Source: Candidatus Micrarchaeota archaeon (GTDB lineage: Archaea > Micrarchaeota > Micrarchaeia > Norongarragalinales > SBBD01). Taken from it: 17,242 nt of DNA. The DNA lies in NCBI GenBank assembly GCA_043806595.1, contig JAZDGU010000020.1, forward strand, positions 1 to 17,242, read 5' to 3'. The notes below the pieces were generated by a model that was given only the letters and a program-made list of their open reading frames with translations, had not been told where the DNA came from and did not search any database. Shown here in pieces: positions 1-7,399 of this stretch. Position numbers and translations under genes: made by a program. The first letter of the stretch is position 1. The number at the start of each line of letters is the position of its first letter.

Positions 1-2505
1 CAGAGGGTACAGGTCAAGACCGCGAAGGAATACGCCGGCGGAGGCATGGGCGTCGTCGTGCCCAAGGTCGTGCTCGACGAACTGCCGGAGGCCGAGGAAG
101 TCTCGCTGGAGATGGATGACAAGGAGCTGGCGAAACTCGGAAAGGAAGGGATTTTGGATGCGAAGAGCGGGCTGAGGAGGGGGCCACTTGCGCTCGACCT
201 GCCTTATTTGAAGGCAATCCGGGAGTATTTCAGGGCAAACAAAAGGAACCCGACTGATTTGGAGTTGGAGTCGCTGGCGCAGACGTGGAGCGAGCACTGC
301 AAGCACACGATTTTCAGCGCCGCGCTCGACGGCGACGTGCCGGAAGGGCTCTACAAGACGTACATCAAGGCGGCGACGAATGAGATAAGAAAAAAGAGGG
401 GAAAGGACGACATCTGCATTTCCGTCTTCACGGACAACTCCGGCGCAATCGCCTTTGATGACAAGCACATGATTACGCACAAAGTGGAGACACACAACTC
501 GCCGAGCGCGCTGGACCCATACGGCGGCGCGATTACAGGCATCGTTGGCGTGAACCGGGACACCATCGGGTTCGGGCTGGGGGCAAAGCCGGCGCTGAAT
601 TACTACGGCTACTGCTTTGCGGACCCTGAGTCGAATCCCGGGCTCTACAGGAAGAAAGGCGGAAAGGACCCGGTGCTCTTGCCCCGGCAGATTATGGAAG
701 GCGTAGTCCGCGGCGTCAAGGACGGAGGGAACTGCAGCGGCATCCCGACGCCCCAGGGATGGTGCTATTTCGAACCCCGCTACGCAGGAAAGCCACTGGT
801 TTTTGTAGGGACTGTGGGGGTTATGCCTAGGGTGGGGACTGATGGAAGGAAGCTGCACGAGAAGGCGGCGCGGCCCGGCGACTTGATTGTCATGGTCGGC
901 GGAAAGGTCGGCAAGGACGGCATCCACGGTGCGACGTTCTCGTCCGAGGCGCTACACTCCGGCAGCCCGGCTACGGCGGTGCAGATTGGAGACCCAATTA
1001 CGCAGAAGAAGTTCAGCGACGCGATCGTCAAGGAGGCGAGGGACAAGGCGCTGTATTCGAGCATTACCGACAACGGCGCGGGCGGGCTCTCGTGCTCGGT
1101 GGCGGAGATGGCGAAGGAGTGCGGAGGATGCAGGGTACAACTCGACAAGGTGCCGTTGAAATACCCGGGAATGGCGCCGTGGGAAATCTGGGTGTCTGAG
1201 TCACAGGAGAGGATGACGCTCGCGGTGCCGCCGGAGAAACTCGCGGAATTCATGGAACTGATGAAGCGGAGGGAAGTCGAGGCGACGGTCATCGGCGAAT
1301 TCAATGGCGACGGCAAGTGCGTCGTGGAATTCAAGGGAAGGACTGTGATGGACGTCGAATTGGAATTCCTGCACGAGGGGTTACCGGAGAAGCGGCTTAA
1401 GACGGAATATAAGCAGAAGAAATTTGATGAACCGGAAATGAAGTGCCCCGAGAACTTGAACGCGACGATGCTGGACATGCTGAAGAGGAAGAACATCTGC
1501 TCGAAGGAGTTCATCTCCACGCAATACGACCACGTGGTGCAGGGAGGGCACGTCATCGGCCCCGTGCAAGGCAAAGGCAGGGTGCAGGGAGTGTCGTCCG
1601 TGAGCAAGGTCGTGCTCGGCTCGCCGAAGGCCGTGGCGCTCTCGCAGGGGGCATATCCGCTCTACTCGGACATCGATGCATACTTCATGGCGGCAGCGGG
1701 CATCGACACTGCAATCCGTGGGCTGGTAGCGGTCGGCGTGCGGTTGGAGAAAATCGCCCTGCTGGACAACTTCTGCTGGTGCTCTTCGAACGACCCGGCG
1801 AGACTCGGGCAACTTAAGAGGGCGGCAAAGGCCTGCTACGACTATTCGACTTGCTACGGCACGCCGTTCATCAGCGGCAAGGACAGCATGTTCAACGACT
1901 TCAAGGGCTTCGACGCGCAAGGTAGGCCGGTCGAAGTGTCCGTGCCGCCAACACTGCTCGTTTCCTCAATCGGAGTCATCGAGGATGCTGGCAAGGCGGT
2001 GTCCATGGATACGAAGGCGGCCGGAGATCTTGTGTACGCGGTTGGGGGGACGGCGGAGGAGCTCGGCGGGTCGGAGTATTTCGCTTATCTCGGTTTTGTC
2101 GGAAACGGCGTGCCCAAGGTGGACGCCAAGGCGGCGAAGGCGAGGTACGAGCGGCTGTCTGCGGCGATGGAGAAGGGGTTGGTGGCGTCGGCGTATCCCG
2201 TGAACTACGGCGGAATCGGGGTAGCGCTGGCGAAGGTGGCGATTGCAGGCAGGTTGGGAATGGAGATTGAGGCGCCGAAAGGGATGCGGGCGGACTACTG
2301 GATGTTCTCGGAGACGCAGGGGCGCCTGGTCGTGACCGTGGACGCGAGGAAGAAGGCGGAGTTCGAGAAGGCGATGGCAGGAGAAACAACGCTGTTGGGG
2401 AAGGTGACGGAAAAGGAATTCGTGATTAGAGCAGGGAAGGAAGTCGTTCGCCTGCCGGTGGCGGAGATGGAGGAAGCGTACAAGAAGCCGTTTGCGGGTA
2501 ATTGA
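1..2505 (+). CDS. purL: Phosphoribosylformylglycinamidine synthase subunit PurL (5'-truncated, long form)
   Basis: Motifs TWSEHCKH, KVETHNSPSALDPYGGAITG, DGIHGATFSS, DNGAGGL, SESQERM, FISGKDS. The frame is open from base 1 (QRVQVKTAKEYAGGGM), so the true start is probably upstream of the window. Confidence 0.96.
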   Translation, partial: QRVQVKTAKEYAGGGMGVVVPKVVLDELPEAEEVSLEMDDKELAKLGKEGILDAKSGLRRGPLALDLPYLKAIREYFRANKRNPTDLELESLAQTWSEHCKHTIFSAALDGDVPEGLYKTYIKAATNEIRKKRGKDDICISVFTDNSGAIAFDDKHMITHKVETHNSPSALDPYGGAITGIVGVNRDTIGFGLGAKPALNYYGYCFADPESNPGLYRKKGGKDPVLLPRQIMEGVVRGVKDGGNCSGIPTPQGWCYFEPRYAGKPLVFVGTVGVMPRVGTDGRKLHEKAARPGDLIVMVGGKVGKDGIHGATFSSEALHSGSPATAVQIGDPITQKKFSDAIVKEARDKALYSSITDNGAGGLSCSVAEMAKECGGCRVQLDKVPLKYPGMAPWEIWVSESQERMTLAVPPEKLAEFMELMKRREVEATVIGEFNGDGKCVVEFKGRTVMDVELEFLHEGLPEKRLKTEYKQKKFDEPEMKCPENLNATMLDMLKRKNICSKEFISTQYDHVVQGGHVIGPVQGKGRVQGVSSVSKVVLGSPKAVALSQGAYPLYSDIDAYFMAAAGIDTAIRGLVAVGVRLEKIALLDNFCWCSSNDPARLGQLKRAAKACYDYSTCYGTPFISGKDSMFNDFKGFDAQGRPVEVSVPPTLLVSSIGVIEDAGKAVSMDTKAAGDLVYAVGGTAEELGGSEYFAYLGFVGNGVPKVDAKAAKARYERLSAAMEKGLVASAYPVNYGGIGVALAKVAIAGRLGMEIEAPKGMRADYWMFSETQGRLVVTVDARKKAEFEKAMAGETTLLGKVTEKEFVIRAGKEVVRLPVAEMEEAYKKPFAGN

Positions 2506-2506
2506 A

Positions 2507-3301
2507 GTGGAAAAAGCAATCATCATGAGCGGGTACGGCATCAACTCCGAGATGGAGACGCGCGAGGCGCTCGCCCGCGCTGGAATGAAAGTGGATATTA
2601 TCCATATTAATGATTTGATTGCGAAGAAGGCGCGGCTGGCGGACTACCGGCTGCTCGTGTTCCCCGGAGGGTTCGCGTATGGCGACGACACGGGCGCGGG
2701 GAATGCGTACGCGAACCGCGTGAGGAACAACTTGCTGGGCGAAGTGAACAAATTCCTCGAGGGAGACAACCTTGTGCTCGGAATATGCAACGGGTTCCAG
2801 GTGCTCGTCAACCTCGGGTTGGTGCCGGCGTTTGCAAAGAAGCACGAGAGGCGGATTGCGTTGCTTCCGAACACCCGGGGCGTGCTCGAGTGCAGGTTCG
2901 TGACTTTGAAGCCGGCGGCGGAAAACTTCTGGACGAAGGGAATCGAAAAGTTATACTGCCCGGTGGCACACGGTGAAGGCAACTTCTACTGCGACAAGGG
3001 GACCCTCGCGGAACTCAAGAAAAAGAAGATGGTGTGCTTCAAGTATGTGCACGAGGACCTTAGCGCGGCGGGTGGCGAGTACCCCTATAATCCCAATGGC
3101 GCGCTTGAAGACATCGCTGGCATAACTTCCGAGGACGGCAAGACGCTCGGCTTAATGCCCCATCCTGAACGGGCGCTGGAATTCACGAACTTATACGACT
3201 GGCCGCTGTTAAAAGAAAATCTTACCCGTGAAGGAAAACCCATTCCGATGGCTTCCATGAACATGCAGTTTTTCAAAAACATCGCCGAACGCCTCCTTTG
3301 A
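2507..3301 (+). CDS. purQ: Phosphoribosylformylglycinamidine synthase glutaminase subunit PurQ
   Basis: PGGFAYGD, LGICNGFQ (catalytic Cys), PVAHGEG, NPNG, LGLMPHPER (His-Glu of the triad). Likely GTG start at 2507, 1 nt after the purL stop. The ORF track TTG at 2492 is an alternative. Confidence 0.95.
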   Translation: MEKAIIMSGYGINSEMETREALARAGMKVDIIHINDLIAKKARLADYRLLVFPGGFAYGDDTGAGNAYANRVRNNLLGEVNKFLEGDNLVLGICNGFQVLVNLGLVPAFAKKHERRIALLPNTRGVLECRFVTLKPAAENFWTKGIEKLYCPVAHGEGNFYCDKGTLAELKKKKMVCFKYVHEDLSAAGGEYPYNPNGALEDIAGITSEDGKTLGLMPHPERALEFTNLYDWPLLKENLTREGKPIPMASMNMQFFKNIAERLL

Positions 3302-3306
3302 ACCCG

Positions 3307-4251
3307 CTAATGCACGCGCTCCGTTTTCCGCCTGCCTATTTTCTCCGCGTATTCCTTCAAGGCCTTCTTCGAGGTCTTCCAGTCCCTACCGAACTTCACC
3401 GCATCCAGCGAGCCCTTCCTGGCCAAGAGGCCAAGGTACTCCGCGGAATAAGGCGTGCCGCGCGCGGCGTCGGAAAGGCTGACGAACTCCTCGTCCCGGC
3501 CCCTGCCGGGCTCCAACGCCTCCAAATACATGTCGAGCGAGCTTTCGACCGAGCGCGCGACGAAGTTATAGAAAGGCGCGGGATTGCCTGCGTGCGCCTG
3601 TTCCAGCACGCGGTAGTATTGCTTGCGGCCGGCTCTCTGGATGATTGCAATGGGGTAGCCGTTCTTCAAGAGCACCAGGTCCATCAGGAGCCGTGCGGTC
3701 CTTCCGTTGCCGTCCATGAAGGGATGGATGTGGACGAGCTGGAAATGCGCCCATGCAGCCAGCTCGACGGCGTTCTCCCGCTTTTCGTTGAATTCCGCGA
3801 CAAAGCCGGCCATGAGCGCGGGAACTTCGTGGAACGGCGGCGGCTTGAACGCCGAGCCCGAAATCCGCACGTTCTGGTCGCGGTACCTGCCGGCATAGCG
3901 TTCGCTGATGCCCTTCAAGACGATGGAATGCAGGTAGCAGACGAATGCCTCGGAAAAAGGCTTGCCCGCATCTGCCGCCTCCGCTTCAATTGCCGCCAAC
4001 GCGGGCTTGTGGTTCACCGCCTCCAAATGCTCGCGCAGGCTCTTGCCGCCAATGGTCAGACCCTCCTCGATTACCAGCTTCGTCTCCTGCAGGGTCAGCG
4101 AATTGCCTTCGATGGCGTTGCTGTTGTAGGCTAGGCTGACGAGAATGCTCTCCCGCAGCCTCGCCAACGCCGCCTGAGAAAACGGCCTTAGGCGGTCGAG
4201 CCTCCCCTTCTTTTCCGTAATCCTAGCCCAAAGCAAAGCATCGATTTGCAT
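3307..4251 (-). CDS. Fic-domain protein (class II, autoinhibitory helix) with C-terminal helix-turn-helix
   Basis: Canonical Fic motif HPFMDGNGRTAR. N-terminal SNAIEGN fits the inhibitory (S/T)xxxE(G/N) motif. C-terminal VSLSDAARGTPYSAEYLGLLARKGSLDAVKFGRDWKTS resembles a MerR/excisionase-like HTH. GGTGGG lies just before the ATG. Confidence 0.93.
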   Translation of the reverse strand: MQIDALLWARITEKKGRLDRLRPFSQAALARLRESILVSLAYNSNAIEGNSLTLQETKLVIEEGLTIGGKSLREHLEAVNHKPALAAIEAEAADAGKPFSEAFVCYLHSIVLKGISERYAGRYRDQNVRISGSAFKPPPFHEVPALMAGFVAEFNEKRENAVELAAWAHFQLVHIHPFMDGNGRTARLLMDLVLLKNGYPIAIIQRAGRKQYYRVLEQAHAGNPAPFYNFVARSVESSLDMYLEALEPGRGRDEEFVSLSDAARGTPYSAEYLGLLARKGSLDAVKFGRDWKTSKKALKEYAEKIGRRKTERVH

Positions 4252-4261
4252 AAACCCACCA

Positions 4262-4361
4262 ATATCGGATAACCAAATATTTGGACAAACCGATATATAA
4301 TGCTTTCGGCTACCCCCTATCAGATTGTATCGGTTAACCTGAATTTTTGTCTATCCGATAC
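4262..4361. promoter_or_regulatory. Two operator-like boxes TATCGG-N21-CCGATA upstream of fic
   Basis: ATATCGG 4262-4268 with CCGATAT 4290-4296, and GTATCGG 4327-4333 with CCGATAC 4355-4361. Both have 21-nt spacers. Confidence 0.7.
4293..4308 (-). promoter_or_regulatory. Archaeal BRE + TATA promoter of fic
   Basis: Minus strand CGAAAGCA-TTATATAT, about 42 nt upstream of the ATG at 4251. Confidence 0.7.
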
Positions 4362-4377
4362 TTCAATTGACGACGCT

Positions 4378-5172
4378 TCACTTGAGCCCGCGGACCAGGC
4401 GCGCCACTTCCTTCTTCAACTGCAGCCAGTTCGGCCGGTGCGGCGCGGGAATGAAGGCGTCGGCGCCGGCAAGCTCCCGCGGGTCAGCTTGGGCGGCTTT
4501 TTCGGCAACCGAGGCGAAGAACGTCTTCTCGTCGAAGGCCATGAAGCCGAAAAGCGATTTGGAATAGACGCGGGCGTGCGGAAGAATCTGGCGGCGGGAA
4601 AACCGGTATTCGGAAAGCAGGCGGTGCAAGTCGTAGTAGTCGCGGCCGGCGGCCCTTGCCTGCAAGGCGACCATCTTCTGGGCGGCGAAGACCTCGGGCG
4701 GGAAGGAATAGAGCGGCGGCGTGCGGATGAAGAACCCGTAGTCGTTGAGGAAAGAACGGGGCTCGAGCCTCGAAAGCGGCGTCGGAGGCGAGCGGAAGCC
4801 GAAATTCGCGTCCACGAACACGAAATCGCGGCCGACGCCGTTCTCCGCGTCGGAATACGCGAGCTTCCAGCGGTAGAACTCGCCGAAAATCCTGGACGGA
4901 CCGCTGGATTGGAACGCCGGAAGGGATTTCTTGAGGAAGGAACTGAAGCCCTGCGGCGTCTGGCCGTAGGCGAAGAAGTCGAGGTCCTCCGAGAAACGCT
5001 TTGCCTTGAGGTGGAATTGGTTGAGCGCCGTGCCGCCGAAGAACGCGTACTGCAGGCCCGCGTCCGCGAAACCCGCGGAAAGCCCGGCCAGCGCCTCCTG
5101 GATCTTGAGCTCCTTGACGACGTACTCCGCCGGAAGACCGGTTTTCAGCAACAGGCTCTCTGGAATTCTCAT
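4378..5172 (-). CDS. abiEii: AbiEii/AbiGii-family nucleotidyltransferase (type IV TA toxin)
   Basis: FFGGTALNQFH...RFSEDLDF signature and AQKMVALQARAAGRDYYDL C-terminal motif. ATGA overlap with the upstream gene. Confidence 0.92.
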   Translation of the reverse strand: MRIPESLLLKTGLPAEYVVKELKIQEALAGLSAGFADAGLQYAFFGGTALNQFHLKAKRFSEDLDFFAYGQTPQGFSSFLKKSLPAFQSSGPSRIFGEFYRWKLAYSDAENGVGRDFVFVDANFGFRSPPTPLSRLEPRSFLNDYGFFIRTPPLYSFPPEVFAAQKMVALQARAAGRDYYDLHRLLSEYRFSRRQILPHARVYSKSLFGFMAFDEKTFFASVAEKAAQADPRELAGADAFIPAPHRPNWLQLKKEVARLVRGLK

Positions 5173-5849
5173 GCCAACCGCCCCAACACAACCAAATCAA
5201 GCTGCCTGATGAAACTCACGGGAAGCCACCCGCGGCCTCGCCTCGCAATCCTCGCCGCCAAACGCCGGTTTCCGACGTCCTTGAAATAGCCGGCAAGCTC
5301 CCCGAATTGCATCTTTGAAAGCCGGTTTTGCTCAAGCAAGGCCATTGCCGAATCGAAGCCGCCGCACCACTTCGGCCGCGAAAGGCAGTCGAAGAACGTC
5401 TTGGCATACGTGGAAACGCGGATGCCGTTGATTTCCTCGGTTCCGTAGAAGCCGCCGCCCAAAGCGACGAACCTGACCTGCATGCCCCCGAAGCCGGCCT
5501 TCCCGTAGGCGGATTCGGTGGCGAAAACCAGTTCGGCGGGCCTCTGGTCGATGACCCCGTGCAGGTATAGCGCCGTCGAACACGCCGCGTAGGCGCCCCG
5601 GTGCAGGTACTCTGCCGCGGCAAAGACGCCCTTGAGGCTTGGCGCGGCGCCCGAGTAGAAGAATCCGTTCCTGAGCCTTGCAAGCATGCCCTTCGCCGCG
5701 AGCCTCGAAAGCAGCTCCGACAGGTACTTCGGCTTGAAGCGCGCGCCGAGCACTTCCGAAGCGTCCGCGAGGGAAAACCCGGCGTCACGCGGCAGGAGCG
5801 ACAGCAGCCTCTGCTCGGAAGGCGTCAGGATTGGGGCGGCGGTTTCCAC
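5169..5849 (-). CDS. abiEi: AbiEi-family antitoxin / winged-helix transcriptional regulator (type IV TA)
   Basis: N-terminal wHTH (FSLADASEVLG...LLSRLAAKGMLARLRNGFF), YAACSTALYLHGVIDQRP and STYAKTFFDCLSRPKWCGG motifs. GTG start, coupled to the toxin. Confidence 0.9.
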   Translation of the reverse strand: METAAPILTPSEQRLLSLLPRDAGFSLADASEVLGARFKPKYLSELLSRLAAKGMLARLRNGFFYSGAAPSLKGVFAAAEYLHRGAYAACSTALYLHGVIDQRPAELVFATESAYGKAGFGGMQVRFVALGGGFYGTEEINGIRVSTYAKTFFDCLSRPKWCGGFDSAMALLEQNRLSKMQFGELAGYFKDVGNRRLAARIARRGRGWLPVSFIRQLDLVVLGRLA

Positions 5850-5852
5850 TGA

Positions 5853-5886
5853 AGCATTATACCGACAATGCTATTTAACGCTTTGC
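5853..5886 (-). promoter_or_regulatory. BRE/TATA promoter of the abiE operon with inverted repeat over the start region
   Basis: Minus strand GCAAAGCG-TTAAATAG (5886-5871), about 22-29 nt upstream of the GTG (leaderless spacing). Inverted repeat AGCATT-N8-AATGCT at 5853-5872. Confidence 0.6.
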
Positions 5887-5898
5887 ATTGATAGTATT

Positions 5899-5922
5899 TT
5901 TTCCTACAATATTGTAGGAAAA
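5899..5922. repeat. Perfect 24-bp palindrome, candidate operator
   Basis: TTTTCCTACAAT|ATTGTAGGAAAA, followed by a 12-bp palindrome AAAATATATTTT at 5928-5939. Confidence 0.85.
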
Positions 5923-6071
5923 CTAAAAAAATATATTTTGTGCAGGGGGCTTCCCCGACGCGCGTTCCGGGCCATCCCGCCTGCTCCTCCCGATAAACTC
6001 CCAGTTGATTCGCCTTCTACCCAACAAATATTACCTGCCTTGCGGACGTAATCATGCGGGTGGGAGGAAAA

Positions 6072-6176
6072 ATGCCCGCAAGACAAGACAGGCGTTGCAT
6101 GAGGTTCCGTGAACAGTTCAAGTTCCTCGCATTGTACGCCGCGGCCTTCGCCGCGGGATACGCGCTCGGGGTGTGA
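6072..6176 (+). CDS. Putative 34-aa single-transmembrane peptide (below the ORF track cutoff)
   Basis: MPARQDRRCMRFREQFKFLALYAAAFAAGYALGV*. GGAGG at 6063-6067, basic N-terminus and hydrophobic C-terminus. Alternative in-frame ATGs at 6054 and 6099. Confidence 0.5.
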   Translation: MPARQDRRCMRFREQFKFLALYAAAFAAGYALGV

Positions 6177-6180
6177 AAAA

Positions 6181-6396
6181 ATGGCCGCCGGACCGTTCGT
6201 CGAAGGCGCAAGGCGCAAGTGGAACGCAAGCGACGCCCTGGAAAGGGCGTTCGTCGCCGGCGAGGCCCGCCAGACGTTCAAGTCGATGGGACAGTTGCGC
6301 CTGCAAGACGTCGTCGGCCTGCAGTTCGACGCCTTGGACAACGCCACGGCCCTTCGCATCGCCGAGATTTTCTGGATCAACAAGGCATCACGCTAG
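6181..6396 (+). CDS. Hypothetical 71-aa protein
   Basis: MAAGPFVEGARRKWNASD...IAEIFWINKASR*. ATG 4 nt after the peptide stop, GGGGTG upstream, mostly G/C-ending codons like the real genes. Confidence 0.6.
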   Translation: MAAGPFVEGARRKWNASDALERAFVAGEARQTFKSMGQLRLQDVVGLQFDALDNATALRIAEIFWINKASR

Positions 6397-6515
6397 TGAG
6401 GGGGTTTGGGGGGCTTCGGGGATTCTCTTTGCCTCCATCGGTTTGTCTGCCGTGCCCTCCTGCCCCCTTGCTACCTTTTAGCAGGACGGCTTCAAGGCAA
6501 TCACAAGGCATAAAT

Positions 6516-6549
6516 ATAACCATTAACGTTATATAACTTGGATTGTTAT
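6516..6549. promoter_or_regulatory. Tandem palindromic operator 2x(ATAAC-N7-GTTAT) overlapping a TATA box
   Basis: ATAAC-cattaac-GTTAT (6516-6532) abuts ATAAC-ttggatt-GTTAT (6533-6549). The junction forms TTATATAA (6529-6536), 25 nt before the ATG at 6561. Confidence 0.75.
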
Positions 6550-6560
6550 GCGGGGTTGGG

Positions 6561-6881
6561 ATGAGGGAAGAGGACGCGGAATTTATTCTGGACGACAAGG
6601 GGTTCCACAAACTGAGGTCGGTTTTGTGGTACGACCGCGGTTTGAGGGACTTCGTAATGGTCTATTTGACGACCGAACGCGGTTTTCCGGAAGAAATAGC
6701 CCGCTTCGACTGTTCGCATGGATTCGCCCACCGCGACCTCCCGTATCTTCCGGCCGGCGACAAGCGGAGAAAGGCCGTTTTGGCCGGAGCGACCCGGAAA
6801 GAGCAATACTGCCGGGCAATGCTTGACATTCATGGAAATTGGATGCGGTATCACGAGGAATGGACGAGGTGGAGGAAATGA
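6561..6881 (+). CDS. Putative toxin, DUF7718/DUF6516(TumE)-like small protein
   Basis: 106 aa with EIARFDCSHGFAHRD (R-[YF]-D-x-x-H-G-x-x-H pattern) and a C-terminal helix NWMRY. ATGA overlap with an HTH gene. Confidence 0.65.
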   Translation: MREEDAEFILDDKGFHKLRSVLWYDRGLRDFVMVYLTTERGFPEEIARFDCSHGFAHRDLPYLPAGDKRRKAVLAGATRKEQYCRAMLDIHGNWMRYHEEWTRWRK

Positions 6882-7249
6882 GGCTGGCTCCGTTGGTCAT
6901 CGTAATCGGTGGTTTCGAGGAATTCAGGAAGGATGCGCTTGCATCATTTGACAATCCCCGGGGTTACAACTCATTGTATCTCACGCCCAAACAGATGCAC
7001 GCGATATTTTCCGAGCAGCGGCTTAGGCTTTTGAAGGCAATAAGCGAGCACCCCGATTACGGTGTCGTCCGTCTTGCCGGGTTGCTTTCCAGGAAGCAAG
7101 CGGCGGTAAGCCGTGATGTTTCCTTCCTGAAGGGCCTTAATGTCATTTCCGAAGAGCCCCTGGCGGCCCCAACTTCAATAAAATCTGTAAAACCCGCCCG
7201 TCAGTCGTTATCAGGCCCGTCGCCGTTCGCCTTCAGCATCGTTCTTTGA
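6878..7249 (+). CDS. HVO_A0114-like winged-helix DNA-binding protein, putative antitoxin
   Basis: 123 aa from ATG 6878 with SD GAGGTGGAGG. IFSEQRLRLLKAISEHPDYGVVRLAGLLSRKQAAVSRDVSFLKGLNVI is a wHTH, followed by KSVKP. Confidence 0.75.
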   Translation: MRLAPLVIVIGGFEEFRKDALASFDNPRGYNSLYLTPKQMHAIFSEQRLRLLKAISEHPDYGVVRLAGLLSRKQAAVSRDVSFLKGLNVISEEPLAAPTSIKSVKPARQSLSGPSPFAFSIVL

Positions 7250-7255
7250 ACCCCG

Positions 7256-7399
7256 TTTTATAAACCTTGCCCGCTTCATCAATTGGATGCCTTGTGGAAA
7301 GAGCCGATTTCCTTTCGAAGAGGCCTGATGCTGGTATGATTATTTTCTAGGAGCCTCCGCCCGGCAGCGGGTCCGGGGGCTGGATTGGTGCGATAGCAT
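7256..7399 (+). promoter_or_regulatory. ileS promoter and leader with chained micro-ORFs and a hairpin
   Basis: TTTTATAAA 7256-7264. uORFs 7287-7328 (MPCGKSRFPFEEA*), 7328-7339 (MLV*), 7336-7350 (MIIF*). Hairpin 7352-7381. GGTG at 7387-7390. Confidence 0.5.

Noticed and set aside
4300..5289. 329-aa plus-strand ORF over abiEii, and similar long shadows (3298-4134, 7340-8497, 9916-10869)
   Set aside because: They overlap well-supported genes on the opposite strand and show biased composition with no motifs.
5904..6383. 159-aa minus-strand ORF in the island
   Set aside because: It runs through palindromic promoter DNA, and the plus-strand small ORFs have better RBS and codon signals.
5945..6418. 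9-bp direct repeat GGGGGCTTC flanking the small-ORF unit as a target-site duplication
   Set aside because: Low complexity, with no terminal inverted repeats or transposase. Chance cannot be excluded.
6511..6553. Possible Xer dif site (ATATAA...TTATAT arms)
   Set aside because: The spacer between TAA and TTA arms is 9 nt, not the 6 nt of dif sites. The tandem layout over a TATA box fits an operator better.
7265..7399. T-box riboswitch or C/D-box sRNA upstream of ileS
   Set aside because: No T-box UGGNACC motif or U-tailed terminator. CTGA and ATGATTA occur but not in a full C-D'-C'-D arrangement.
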